A DNA stretch of 63,947 nt, filler included, from Octopus bimaculoides (lineage: Eukaryota): NCBI RefSeq assembly GCF_001194135.2. It is 7 parts of 6 records of this genome, joined end to end, with 100 filler letters (N's around TTAATTAATTAA, not from the genome) between each part and the next. Parts side by side here need not be neighbours in the genome. Positions count along the whole stretch, not along the records: positions 1 to 15,842 come from NC_068985.1; positions 15,943 to 20,970 come from NC_069005.1; positions 21,071 to 44,323 come from NC_068981.1; 4 more parts are not named here. One strand, written 5' to 3'. The position numbers and the translations under genes were made by a program. The notes below the pieces were generated by a model. The model had not been told where the DNA came from, did not search any database, and saw only the letters and a list, made by a program, of their open reading frames with translations. Shown in pieces: positions 13,051-25,819 of this stretch. Numbering within the stretch: position 1 is the stretch's first letter; each line of letters opens with the position of its first letter.

Positions 13051-13368
13051 GTACACACACATGCACACATACATACACACGAGTGTATAATACATCTCTG
13101 ACTAGGCAGTGTGTTGGCTATGGCATGTACACCTAAGAACATACTCTTATCTAAATAAAGTAGATGAAGGGATACGATTATGTGTGTGTTTGCGTGCGTC
13201 TGTGTGTGTGTGTATGTGTGTGAATGTGTATGTGCGTGTGAGCCTCTGTATGTGTAGTGTATGAATGTATAGGTGCGTATGTTCCATTCTGTGTATGTTT
13301 CATATGGATAGCTATTACGTTTATGTAAACACAAAATCATAGGCAGACGTTTGTATACGTATGCAGGT

Positions 13369-13456
<88 letters not shown>

Positions 13457-13490
13457 TCACACACACACATGCATACACATACACAGACAC
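12861..13490. repeat. Compound (CA)n/(TA)n/(TG)n microsatellite block
   Basis: Read directly. Includes a long pure (CA)n at ~13370-13455. Confidence 0.95.
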
Positions 13491-14039
13491 GTGAGTAAAA
13501 GAAAGTGTGTGATAGCGTCTAGGTACATACTTGTATGTATATGTTTGTATATATTGTGTATGTGTATGTTTGTATATATTCACTCCCTTGTATTTTCTGT
13601 TACTCTACCAAGGCACACTCACATTGTGCCAAAGACCCTACTTGCAAGAATTTTTCGTTTTACCACCTTTTATTTACGTTCACATCCACCACCAACACCG
13701 CCATCACTACCACCGCTGTCATTACCATAACCAACACCGATTCCATGAGAAAATCATAGACACGACATATCCCCACTATATTTCATCGTCAGGACTATAA
13801 TCGCCATCTCCACGCACCACCACGTACTTATAACCATTAAAGAGCCTTTAAACGGTCACTCGACTTGCTAAATCTATCAGGATTAGATGGTACTCCGAGT
13901 TCCTAATGTGTTCTATAAAGTCATCTGTCTGTCTCTCCGTATACACACGTATATAGGTGCATAAAGATATTTACATAAAAACACATATATGTATGTACAT
14001 ATACATGTATACATACACACATATACGTATATACAAATA

Positions 14040-14257
14040 TTGATTTCAAATTTTGGCACAAGGCCAGCAAATTATGGACGAAGGTTTAAGTCGATTACAT
14101 CAACCCCAGTGCTCAACTGGTATTTATTTTATGGACCCCGAAAAGATGAAGGGTAAGGTCGACTTCGAAAGAATTTGAACTCATAGTGTAAAGACGGACG
14201 AAACGCCTCTAAGCATGTTTGACCGGCGTGTAAACGGTGCCGACAGCTCGCTGCCTT
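14040..14257 (-). mobile_element. SINE family B, near full length
   Basis: The reverse complement starts ggcagcgagctgtcggcacc and carries the family core and the ..ggccttgtgccaaaatttgaaatc tail. Confidence 0.88.
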
Positions 14258-14302
14258 TGTACATAAAAATATATATCTATTTCGGTAAACATCTTGTACA
14301 CT

Positions 14303-14334
<32 letters not shown>

Positions 14335-14424
14335 ATGTGTATGTGTAAAATATAATGTATATATATGTATTGCGTATATATACGTTTTATATATGATTTG
14401 TATATATATTTATTCATATATGTT

Positions 14425-14461
<37 letters not shown>

Positions 14462-15363
14462 NNNNNNNNNNNNNNNNNNNNNNNNNNNNNNNNNNNNNNN
14501 NNNNNNNNNNNNNNNNNNNNNNNNNNNNNNNNNNNNNNNNNNNNNNNNNNNNNNNNNNNNNNNNNNNNNNNNNNNNNNNNNNNNNNNNNNNNNNNNNNNN
14601 NNNNNNNNNNNNNNNNNNNNNNNNNNNNNNNNNNNNNNNNNNNNNNNNNNNNNNNNNNNNNNNNNNNNNNNNNNNNNNNNNNNNNNNNNNNNNNNNNNNN
14701 NNNNNNNNNNNNNNNNNNNNNNNNNNNNNNNNNNNNNNNNNNNNNNNNNNNNNNNNNNNNNNNNNNNNNNNNNNNNNNNNNNNNNNNNNNNNNNNNNNNN
14801 NNNNNNNNNNNNNNNNNNNNNNNNNNNNNNNNNNNNNNNNNNNNNNNNNNNNNNNNNNNNNNNNNNNNNNNNNNNNNNNNNNNNNNNNNNNNNNNNNNNN
14901 NNNNNNNNNNNNNNNNNNNNNNNNNNNNNNNNNNNNNNNNNNNNNNNNNNNNNNNNNNNNNNNNNNNNNNNNNNNNNNNNNNNNNNNNNNNNNNNNNNNN
15001 NNNNNNNNNNNNNNNNNNNNNNNNNNNNNNNNNNNNNNNNNNNNNNNNNNNNNNNNNNNNNNNNNNNNNNNNNNNNNNNNNNNNNNNNNNNNNNNNNNNN
15101 NNNNNNNNNNNNNNNNNNNNNNNNNNNNNNNNNNNNNNNNNNNNNNNNNNNNNNNNNNNNNNNNNNNNNNNNNNNNNNNNNNNNNNNNNNNNNNNNNNNN
15201 NNNNNNNNNNNNNNNNNNAACCTATCTACATATCCTTATCTAGATGAAGAAGGGTGAAGGAAGTGGAACGGGTAATTATAACATAGAAGACCTTAAAGAA
15301 TTCATCAATAAACATGTCAACAAGAAAAGCGAAATACGTTACAATGTGGGGGGTAGGTTTGGA

Positions 15364-15718
15364 CGTTAAAATTCAAAAAGCAAAATTCAAAATACAGAGT
15401 AATATAGTATACTAGTGAAAGGAAATATTAGCACCCACATTAATAATGTAATGACTAAGAAATAAACAACAAAATAAGAACTAAAAAATATTAAAGAATA
15501 ATAAAACTGATAAAAATAAAAATAAAAATAAAAATAAGAGATAAAACGTAAAAAATGAAAAACTTAAATATGAAAAAATATGAAAATATGAAAAACTTAA
15601 ATATGAAAAACTTAAAAAATGAAAAACTATATTACTCTGTAATGTGGGTGCTAATATTTCCTTTCACTAGTATACTATATTACTCTGTATTTTGAATTTT
15701 GCTTTTTGAATTTTAACG
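15364..15718. repeat. Foldback/MITE-like element: perfect 79-bp inverted repeats around a 197-bp A-rich spacer
   Basis: 15364-15442 is the exact reverse complement of 15640-15718 (79/79, checked base by base). Confidence 0.92.
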
Positions 15719-15886
15719 GAATCCTTTGTATATCTGGTAATGCATTCAACCCGATTCTCAAACAACTCTGCTAAGGGAGAGGCGTCAATCTATCTATTCT
15801 GTGTATATACGTGTCTCTCTCCATATATATATCGTATATGTTNNNNNNNNNNNNNNNNNNNNNNNNNNNNNNNNNNNNNNNNNNNN

Positions 15887-15898
15887 TTAATTAATTAA
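15887..15898. other. Artificial scaffolding linker TTAATTAATTAA in a 44N+12+44N gap (also 21015-26, 44368-79, 49448-59, 57085-96, 60226-37)
   Basis: Six identical 100-bp constructs. The palindromic 12-mer places a stop codon in all six frames. Confidence 0.97.
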
Positions 15899-15942
15899 NN
15901 NNNNNNNNNNNNNNNNNNNNNNNNNNNNNNNNNNNNNNNNNN

Positions 15943-15970
<28 letters not shown>

Positions 15971-15973
<3 letters not shown>

Positions 15974-16085
15974 GGTAGAATAAGTACTAGGCTTACAAAG
16001 AATAAGTCCTAGGGTCGATTAGTTCGGCTAAAGGCGGTGCTTCAGCATGGCCGCAGTCAAATGACTGAAACAAGTAAAAGAAAAA
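15971..16085 (+). mobile_element. SINE family A, 3' tail fragment
   Basis: gaataagtactaggcttacaaagaataagtcc..ggcggtgcttcagcatggccgcagtcaaatgactgaaacaagtaaaag. Confidence 0.9.
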
Positions 16086-17172
16086 GAATAAAAAATGTAA
16101 AACTAAGTGAATAAACTAATATTGCAAAATTCTGGTTTGTTTTGGGTGACCCTCGTATGGTATTTAAAACAGGAATGGTGATTTTCATACTTCAACAGCC
16201 TTTACCGCACATTTGAATTTAAAAAGTATGCATATTGAATACATAATTATATAAACGATAGTGTTTCTAAACTAGTCATTGAAACAGCTGTAGAAAACAA
16301 TTGAATTATGAATCGTCTGTGAAATTTCTTCTTTTCTGCTATTTCATGTGTGTGCGTATGCGTGTGAGTGTGTGTATGTGTGTGTGCGTGTGTGTGAGAG
16401 AGAGAGATTCACTAAAACCGATAAATTACATATCTCAATACGAAAGTAGAGTATTCTTTAACACATTATAACCGAAAGATTCCCCTTTTCAGCACTCAGA
16501 GTGATTTGTTTCCAATCATCAGCTGGTAAACTGACCCTGGTTTTCTTTTGAAATATTTGCTGCCTGAATATTTTCTGAAATATGAATTGAAAGTCTAAAG
16601 GAAACGCTTATCCGTATATTCTTTTGTTTGAAAACCTTTGTGAACGACGCGCGAAACTGGTTACTTCAAGCTCACGTTTTTGAGCTTCTTTTCTAGTTCT
16701 CATAGTAATATTACTATCAACTCCATTATAAGCGAATCCAAAATAATACTTTTAATTACTGTTTTTTAGAAAAATGTGTTTGTATGTAGGTGTTCATTTT
16801 ACATGCGCCAGGTCAGACTCATACATATAGACATATGCACACTCACACACGCACACATATATACACAAAATTATATATTCATGTAGACATATATACATAG
16901 GCATGCATGCAAATATGCACACACAGACACGCACTCACACACAGTAAAACATATACCAAAAAAAAGTTATTAATTAAACATTTCGAAACCAACATTTTTT
17001 CTGAACTAGGACGAAATTGAAGGAGGCTTGTGTTTGCATAAAAGATAGTTAGCCGTGTATTAGGTATGTTTGTAGGTATGTATGCATGTATGTATGTTTG
17101 TATGTATGTATTATGCATGCATGCATGTATGTTTGTATGTGTGTATGTATGTATGTATGTATGTATGTATGT

Positions 17173-17925
17173 CTCTTCTGTTTTTTTTAATCATTATAAA
17201 TCTTCTACTGAGTAGGGAGCCGGTTTCCAACAAAGATGCAAGGCTCCATCTCTGGGATGTAGTTAACACAGACAAATTCACATTTGGAACTTGAGAAAAA
17301 TCTTGCATATTTTTATTGTTCCACTCACATATTGCACTTGTAATGTACGAATCAGCCTGTCGATTTCTCTTTCTGAAAATCCCACTTTATCCAGATTCTC
17401 CTTTAAGCATTTACTAACAAAATCTAGTGTTCCAGTTATTATTAGTATGAATATGAACTCATAGTCTTGATATAGAAGCTGGAGGTTTCGAAGCAGTTGT
17501 CCATAAATATCCTCTTTTTCTTTGATTTTCAAAGAGATATGACGGTATATACCTTTGCCCCTTAGTCCCAAACAACAATATCCGGCCTGTTATGTTTACA
17601 TATGACAGAAGTTTCGATGGGAATATTCCAGCAGTATTCCTTGAGTTGGTGTTTATGAATGTATTCCATAACAAATGAATTTTCTAAGTTTATTTCAGAA
17701 CAGTCATTTTTGCGGATGGCATTGGAAATTGTTTTAGCGACAACATCGTGCTGCTTAGGGAGGTAGTACCGCGACGACATTTTAGGACAGCTGCTAATCA
17801 CATGCGTGATGTCTTCCACAGAAACATGACATAGCCTACACATGCGGTTGCACCTTGGGATTACAAGAGCGACACTGTCTCTCTTGTTCACCAGGTATTT
17901 TGTGGCAATCTCCAGTTCCTGGATT
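17173..17925 (-). mobile_element. R4/Dong-type non-LTR retrotransposon (CCHC knuckle + restriction-like endonuclease), 5'-truncated
   Basis: CRLCHVSVEDITHVISSC..HDVVAK (CCHC), HNRPDIVVWD (RLE PD motif) and C-terminus LQVQYVSGTIKICKIFLKF*. Flanked on both sides by (TATG)n. Confidence 0.88.
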
Positions 17926-18018
17926 GTATGTATGTATGTATGTATGTATGTATGCATGTATGTATGCATACATACATGTATGGAAGGAGATAAATTCTAC
18001 GACATCTGCTGAAGGAAA

Positions 18019-18345
18019 TTACGTAAGAGCTTCTGGGTAGACATTCTTTGTTCTCTGGTTTGGAGCAGAGACAAATAAGTTTTGCAAACTACCTACCCTG
18101 GAGCAACCAACATAAAGGTAACTACGAGAAAAGCAAGCCAGTTTATATTCTAAGACCTTGAGCTTTATTAAGAAACATTGCAAAGCAAAGTCATACTGGG
18201 AATTGTGTTCATTTGAACTCAAATAGCATGTCGGTTGGTTTGATTGGAATTTTTGGAATGAAAGGCTCTTCCCTCAGAGGCACACCCATTGATGTGCCTC
18301 TGTCACATTAGGTAGTAATGTCTTCACAATCAACCTTTGATGCTT
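18019..18345 (-). mobile_element. Helitron RepHel remnant: C-terminus of the PIF1-like helicase
   Basis: Minus strand gives IPKIPIKPTDMLFEFK*TQFPV*LCFAMFLNKAQG, then CFSRSYLYVGCSRVGSLQNLFVSAPNQRTKNVYPEAL*, matching helicase motifs V/VI of Helitrons. Confidence 0.85.
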
Positions 18346-18419
18346 CAAAAGAATGGAAAAGTTTTTGATGATTCGAGTCTACGCTCTTCAAGAGAAAGGA
18401 ATGAAACGGAGAAAAAAAA

Positions 18420-20700
18420 CAGTCTTGAGATTAACGGTTTAACATGATGAAACATATATTGCTGCCCTCGTTTGAGTTTTTTGCTGTAATGTAGGTTTAT
18501 CTGGAATCTTTGACAGTCAAGGTGCTTTTTGAAAACATCTACGCACACACACACACACACACACTCCATGCAGATATCTGTGGTTGTTTGGCCAAGATAT
18601 TAAATTGCAGTGGACCTTTGAATCCCAAAATATTGTACAAGTGGGATTACTCTAGACGGGATGGATGGAATATTTGAAACAACACAGTGACCACCTGTTT
18701 GCGGGGCTGGTATAACCCTCGATGCCAAAGTTTGGTGCCAGTCCCTCTAAGATTTTCCATTTGTATGTCACTGCATATCTCTCCCGCTTTCGCTCCAGGG
18801 TGTAGAGTCACAATTTTCTCAGTCACTTCCAGAAACTCAAGTCTTTCATTGATGCAGTCATGGTTTAGTACCTTTGAACTACCTCCAGTTCCGCTATTAA
18901 ATTGACACTGTGGGGTAACCATAGTTGAGAGCAGCAGTCCAGGCGGCTGAAAACAAATGTCCTCCGTGGGACCAGCATAGTTTCTTTGTCCCTTGTTCTG
19001 AAAGTTCACAGAATCCATCTGGCCATTCGTTTGCACATTACCACCATCTTTATCATATGTACATGAAACGATGCATCGTTGCTCATATGAATCACCATGT
19101 CACGCACTGTGTTTGACTCTGGGATTCCCTCTCTTTCTTTAACTGCGACCTGTTAGCACAAGCTGTCCTAGAGGCTTAGAATTTTACTACATTAAATTGC
19201 ATGTTACTTTTTTCAGCCCATTTGTATTTTGTATCTAGGTCTTTCTGTAGAAGATTCGCATCGAAATGATTATTCACTGCTTGTGCTATTTTTGTGTCGT
19301 CAGCATAGGTAGTAAGAGCGGCTACAAGTATAACTGATAGCATGTCTGAGAGGGCTGCCACAACCAGCAGAAAACCCCAAGACAGGCATTCCACTCGCTA
19401 TTACTGTTGCCTTGGAGAGGGCTCCATTTTGCTGTGGCAGCCAAAGGGGCTACAGATAATGATTACAGTCATGTAACTAGGCTCCCAGTTTTCCAACTAT
19501 GCCTAGTCTCTGTAGCTTGTGACATATCATCCTATGATCAACCTCATTAAAATACTTTGCAAAATCGAGATATGTCACATCCACGTTTGAACGAGTCATA
19601 AGTTGTTTAAACACCCTGTCAGAATGCTGCAGAAGCTGTGTAATGCAATTTCTTCCTGAGCGAAGGTCATGCTGGGTATCGGGGAGCAAGTAATTATCTT
19701 CTAAGAACCTGATCAGCTTCCTTCTAACAATTCGTTCCATGACTTTGCAGACACGTGAGGTTTAGAGACAAGCCTATCATTTTTTAGCATCTGCTATGCT
19801 TCCTCTTTTCTGGATAGGTCGTATTATGTCCTCCTTTAACTTTCTGGGGAGCCTACCATTTGCAAGGAAGCTTTGGAAGATCTGCAACGGCTTTGCTAAG
19901 GCCCCTTTGCTTTATTCTAGGATTGCCAAGAATCCATCGGGCCAGTTCTTGAATCTAAGCTCATCTTATTAATGACTGATATCACATCAGTTTTCTCTGC
20001 CATGATGTAATCGATGATTGCTATCCATTCATGTAGAGCAGTAGTGTAAAATATTTGTTGGGTATATTTATTTGCGAGGGTCTCAACAGAGATGTGAAAA
20101 TATTTTTGTATTGCTTATTCGGTATTTCACTTATCATTTGAGGGTACGCAATCAGTGAGTCGTTTTCTTCGACCAACCAGTAACCCGTTTACAAATCTAT
20201 AGAAATTTGTCTTTATATTTTTAACAAGCTTCACTTTCTCTCTATTCTTTTCACGAGAGTGTTTGAGTTCATTTTCAATCTCAAGCACTGCTCGTTTGAG
20301 ATAGGATTTGTCCATTCAGACGAGTTCTTTGTTCTTTGTTCTTTGTTCGCTGTCTCAGAATTTTTCTGGCCCTGATGCAAATTTACAAAATTCACAGCAT
20401 ATGTCTTGCACGATTGTCATAAAGTCACGTAGTTTTAAATCACAAACCTGCATAGAGAGACTGTTTCACGACATCTTTTAAAATACTTTTCCTATTGGCT
20501 TTATTAAAGTCCATGCTGGAAAAGAGCCGGGTAAGTAAACTGTATATCTGCACTATTCCTCGGGCTACGATTCATCGTTAGTTTTACTAAGTTATGGTCC
20601 GAGAATATCATTGATATCACCTTAACATTATAGACTAGCGCCATATTATTTGTGAAGTCCAACAAAGACTCTGCCTGCCTCTATTCATGCAGAGATGACC
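18420..20700 (-). mobile_element. CR1-type LINE ORF2 pseudogene (end of APE, RT, C-terminus)
   Basis: FTNNMALVYNVKVISMIFSDHNLV (end of APE), MERIVRRKLIRFLEDN..QHDLRSGRNC..YLDFAKYFNEVDH (RT), YADDTKIA..LQKDLD, RWILRTFRTR. Many stops and frameshifts. Confidence 0.92.
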
Positions 20701-20774
20701 ATATATGTGTGTACACACACACGCACATATATATATGAGAATGGACTAAGCGGAGCGGGAGAATATATTTATAA

Positions 20775-20945
20775 GCCGCATGAATGGCTGCGTGGTAAGT
20801 AGCTTGCTTACCAACCACATGATTCCGGGTTCAGTCCCACTGCGTGGCACCTTGGCCAAGTGACTTCTACTATAGCTTCGGGTTGACCAAAGCCTTGTGA
20901 GTGGATTTGGTAGACGGAAAACTGAAAGAAGCCTGTCGTATATAT
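20775..20945 (+). mobile_element. SINE family A, 5' head up to the internal microsatellite
   Basis: tggctgcgtggtaagtagcttgcttaccaaccac..gggttcagtcccactgcgtggcacc..gaaagaagcctgtcgtatat. Confidence 0.92.
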
Positions 20946-21070
20946 GTGTATATATATATATATATATATANNNNNNNNNNNNNNNNNNNNNNNNNNNNNN
21001 NNNNNNNNNNNNNNTTAATTAATTAANNNNNNNNNNNNNNNNNNNNNNNNNNNNNNNNNNNNNNNNNNNN

Positions 21071-21108
<38 letters not shown>

Positions 21109-21180
21109 TGTTGTTGTTGTTGTTGCTGTTGTTGTTGCTGTTGCTGTTGTTGTTGCTGTTGTTGTTGTTGTTGCTGCTGT
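21071..21180. repeat. (GTC)n-(GTT/GCT)n trinucleotide microsatellite
   Basis: Read directly from the sequence. Confidence 0.95.
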
Positions 21181-21554
21181 TTTTATTCTTAAGGCAGGAA
21201 CAAAATGATGAAATACCACGCAAGATATATCCATTAACACCATGTCTAAATATGCTACCAGGACTACCCAGAACAATAACACTTCTCTTGCATTGATGTT
21301 TTCAACTAAAATTCAACTATTCGTTAATTCTACCAGTATAAAACTTGTCTTCATTTCAACATATCCAGCAGGAAAACATTTTATCTGTTCAGTAATTTTG
21401 ATTATCATGTCTTCAAGGCATAATATACAAAGTGCGAGGGGTATTTGAGAACACTTATGTATTAGTATATTAGTCTCTTCAAAACAATTAAACGGCTTTC
21501 TTTTTTCTTTAGATCCCCACATGTCACATCGCATCTTTCCACGGGATCTTAGGA

Positions 21555-22054
21555 TTAATACACTAAGGTGCTGGAGAGAGTTGTTAAGCTCTTTACGAAT
21601 GGATTACCCAGTAGAAGATCATGTACACTTCAATAATATTCAGCAGCTTCTCACAAAGCCCACGCAACCCAAGAATGGATATTAGACAATCATTAAAGCC
21701 ATGTAATACTAAACTCACGGCCTCCAAACTTGCAAGATTTAAATCCTAAGGACTACTGTGTTTGGAATGTTGTTGAAACGGAGACTAATCGACATCCTCA
21801 TAATGCTATAACTTCACTGAAATTATCCAGATCATATTCGAAATAAATAAGGGCGATTTAATGCAGGTGCGTCAAGTATTCCAGTTCCGCATTGAAGCGT
21901 TCACCGAAACTGAAGGCAAATTCATAGAATAATTTTATAAGAAAGCTTATAGAGAAAATGTGTACAATTCTTTATTAAAATGCATTTGGTTTCTGCTAGG
22001 CTAGAGTTGTTTTATTAGCTTATTACATTTGTTCGCACTACCGTTCGAATCCTG
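21555..22054 (+). mobile_element. Tc1/mariner (maT/DD37D-like) transposase 3' remnant with probable right TIR
   Basis: SAASHKAHATQEW..RPPNLQDLNPKDYCVWNVVETETNRHPHN..RIEAFTETEGKFIE*. Ends ..cgttcgaatcctg followed by TA (22055-56). Confidence 0.8.
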
Positions 22055-22636
22055 TACACGAAGATTTTACACAAACAGAGCATCGCCTAGGAGGCATAAA
22101 ATCATGATTTCCCCAATGAGTGTTCGATGACCGATCTAGTTCATTTCGCACAAACTTTCAGCCGCTTCCTAAAACCGTCTGACACATGTCTGTCCATCAT
22201 TGGCCGCAAATCCTCTTCAGTTTCGATATTCGGTATTCTGAAACTTACTTCCACTTAGTCATTTACATTCTTTGCATTATTTTAACTTCAAATTTAATAG
22301 GAAGGATTGGTGTAGCTGACGAATTGCATCGAATGACAAAACTATTAGTATAGTGTGTTATAGGGATTGGTCAATTCGTGTAGCTGTCATTTCTAGATGA
22401 GATTTTGCGTCGGATTTAGCACACAGCCAAATTTAGTTTAGTACAAACAAATTTCAACATATTAAGAGACTGAGATGACTAGAATATACAGTGGCTTTAT
22501 GTACCTTCACAAATATACTGAATATATATATGTATGTATGTATGTATGTATGCATGCAGGAATGTATGTATGCATGTATGCATGCATGCATGTATGTGTC
22601 TCTCTCACGCGCGTTGTGTGTCTATACATACATACA

Positions 22637-22712
<76 letters not shown>

Positions 22713-22721
22713 CATACATAC

Positions 22722-22753
<32 letters not shown>

Positions 22754-23008
22754 NNNNNNNNNNNNNNNNNNNNNNNNNNNNNNNNNNNNNNNNNNNNNNN
22801 NNNNNNNNNNNNNNNNNNNNNNNNNNNNNNNNNNNNNNNNNNNNNNNNNNNNNNNNNNNNNNNNNNNNNNNNNNNNNNNNNNNNNNNNNNNNNNNNNNNN
22901 NNNNNNNNNNNNNNNNNNNNNNNNNNNNNNNNNNNNNNNNNNNNNNNNNNNNNNNNNNNNNNNNNNNNNNNNNNNNNNNNNNNNNNNNNNNNNNNNNNNN
23001 NNNNNNNN

Positions 23009-23048
<40 letters not shown>

Positions 23049-23559
23049 TATCATATAGTACTTACGTTTTATTCGGTTACTCTATATAATCATTCAATGA
23101 ATTAAACATTTGTTCGATTATTGGACATGTCGCGCCCCATAATCCAGCATGAATATTGCATTAGTTCGTTGCTTTAAAGCACTTTAGATTAATGGCATGA
23201 CCTCGATCCGATCTATATTGCCTGCTAAGACAACACTGGTTTTACAATGCTTTCATCTTTAACGCTATTTGCATCACTTAATATTGTTGACGTCTGGACA
23301 GATTTTGAGAAAAATTCTGACATCTCGACTGTCCCATTATCAGTAATACTCAGCCTACATAAGAAAAGAAAAAAAACAACAAACGAACAACTTTCGACAG
23401 AAGAGGTTTAAGTGATCTCGATCTCCATCGAAATAATTGGAAAACTTAATGTCGGTTTCTTGAATTAAGCGTCCTACGTTCGCATGTTGTCACTCACTAA
23501 CCCTGCTCTCAATAGCTGCGTAGAATCTGAAAGCAGATCAAATAACCACCACCACCACC

Positions 23560-23623
<64 letters not shown>

Positions 23624-23857
23624 TGACAACTGCTGATGTTAATAATGGTGATGATGTGGTGTATAGACAGCGTCTGTGATATCCAGCTCCTTCTCTGTTC
23701 ATAACGACGGGTAGTAGAGAACTCAGCAATGCAAACCAATGAAACACGTGTAATTTTAATAACGCCGCCAACGCTTGAAGCGACAGAGTGTTCTGTGATG
23801 TCATAACTGCCTGCAACTCAGTGGACTGAGCTGCACCGATCTAAGTGTCCTTCTAAC

Positions 23858-24085
23858 AATTTCAAATTATGCCCCAAGGCCTCCAATTGTAGGTGGAGAG
23901 GGTTAGTCAGTTACATCAACCCCATTTTTCAACTGATACTTTATTTCATCGATCCAGAAAAGGATGAAAACCAAAGTCGATCACAGCAAGTCGGCATAAT
24001 TTGAACACAGAACATAAAGGGCTGGAAGAAATGCCGCTAAGCAATCTTCCTGACGCGTTAACGATTTTGCCAGCTCGCCGCTTTA
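23858..24085 (-). mobile_element. SINE family B, diverged
   Basis: The reverse complement begins gcggcgagctggcaaaatcgttaacgcg and carries the family core. Confidence 0.85.
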
Positions 24086-24227
24086 TGAAAAGTCTTATCA
24101 CTCGACACAATGCAATAGCGGTGAGAGAATACGCATCGCCAACTCTCTCAACTTGGCAACCTGATCCTCTTAAAAGTTTGTATAAAGAAAACGCTACAGA
24201 ATTTCCCGCTAATTTATTTATTAGCAT

Positions 24228-24590
24228 GAAAGTGCATGGCTGAGTAATTAGAGCGCCAGGCTTATAATCATGAGATTGTGAGTTGGATTCCCAGACCGGG
24301 CAATGGGTTGTGTTCTTGAGCAAGACACTTTATTATTCGTTGTTTCAGTTCATTAAACTGCAGAAACGTTTTGCAACATCACTGGTGCCAAGCGATATTG
24401 GCCTTTGCCTTTCCCCTTGTACAATATAGGTGGCATGGAAAGGGGCGACTGGTATGCATGGGAGACTACTGGTCTTCCACAAACAACATTGCCCGGACTT
24501 GTGCCTCGAAAGGGACATTTCTAAGTGCAATCCCATGGTCATTTGTGATCGATGGGGTTCTTTACCCTTTTATTTATTGTCAACTCGGTT
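24228..24590 (+). mobile_element. tRNA-derived CORE-type SINE, family C
   Basis: tRNA-like head (gagttggattccc B-box-like), CORE-like ttgtgttcttgagcaagacacttta, and a distinct tail ending ..ctttaccctttta. Confidence 0.7.
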
Positions 24591-25099
24591 GAGAAGTGTT
24601 TAGCAAAGTGGAAGATAATCTGAGTGTTTGGTGAGTTGTTTGAGCAGACTAAATTCACTCCAAAGGGAAAACATTTTATGAACTCTAAACACCTGAGATG
24701 ATTTTGAAACTTGGAAATCGCAATAATAATCCGCTGTGTCCCTTTAACACACATACTTATTGTACTTATATACAATGCCACATTTTGATCCCACAGCTCT
24801 AGGTGAGGTCATAATGGCAGCGTTATGATAGGCGGCATGTTTTGAGCCTTTTAAACTAAACAGATACAATCCCTTCTCCGAATCTAACCACAATTGACGT
24901 CTTTCAGAGAAAAATAGAAAGCAGTAGATAAATAGAAGGCAGAGAAGAATTGATCTCAGCACATGACTGATATTTTACTTATCGAGACGGAAAAGTTAAA
25001 GGATCAAGTGGCCCTCGATAGGATTTTAATTCAGACGGATGGTGGGTAGAAATGAATTATGCAAAACATTCCTTCTTTCACTATTCTCCGTTCACTATT

Positions 25100-25500
25100 C
25101 CTGAAAGGAAATCTGTGGGGATAGAGATGTCATGCACATCTTCCTTACAGTCCTATCTTAACCAACCATCATAACACTTACCAGCTGGATTGCCAAGCGT
25201 GACCAATTGAGATTATGGATATTACCCAACCGTCTACTTCATGGCCTATTCCCCGTCTCCTATCGTTTGCCGCAGTACTGAAGCTGCGACGTTGCAATGC
25301 AGAGAAGTAGTGGCTCGATCTGGTGAGACTCACTGATCTCCGAGCAACGCACTCTGTCGAGTAACGTCACTCTAGAAGATCCTTCGACGGAATCTTATTT
25401 CGGCTGTTTGTCTTAGCGATCGCATTCTTTCGTTCATTACCCAACTTCCATGACCGTAGTCGGGGATAAGGACGACAGCTGAACTGAAAATAGCAAGTCT
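25100..25500 (-). mobile_element. RTE-clade LINE 3' ORF remnant (Rex3/Expander-like)
   Basis: Minus strand YGHGSWVMNERMRSLRQTAEIRFRRRI..VTLLDRVRCSEISESHQIEPLLLCIATSQLQ resembles the post-RT region of RTE elements. Confidence 0.78.
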
Positions 25501-25819
25501 GGTTTTTTCTAGGATTTGAATTTAAAACATATAGAGCTGTAATTTAATGCTTGGGGGCATTTTGATCGATGCTCTAATGATTCTGCAAATCCACCGCTTT
25601 TCTAAATTATCATACCAACGATTTCTAACTTTGAAACGAAGCAATAAATTCGTGGAGCGGAAGGAATGTTATCAATTGGCGAGACCACAGTATATCACAG
25701 GTTTATTCGTTCAGTTCATTTCTTTAAAGAAGCTGTAGCAAAAATAACAAAGAATCTGACTAAATATCTTATATATAATTTTGTTCCTACTCGCCATCGG
25801 ATTAAGGTGCATTCCCCAG

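Noticed and set aside
12825-13583. 252-aa ORF and similar YI/CV/HT-repeat ORFs (37-294, 22475-23105, 33556-34177, 51317-51987, 53026-53622)
   Set aside because: Translations of dinucleotide/tetranucleotide microsatellites, often read through N gaps.
14365-15257. 277-292 aa ORFs
   Set aside because: Almost entirely X, from the 757-N gap.
22130-22260. Possible Tc1-like transposase C-terminus on the minus strand (IETEEDLRPMMDRHVSDGFRKRLKVCAK)
   Set aside because: Too short and lacking catalytic motifs to support a call.
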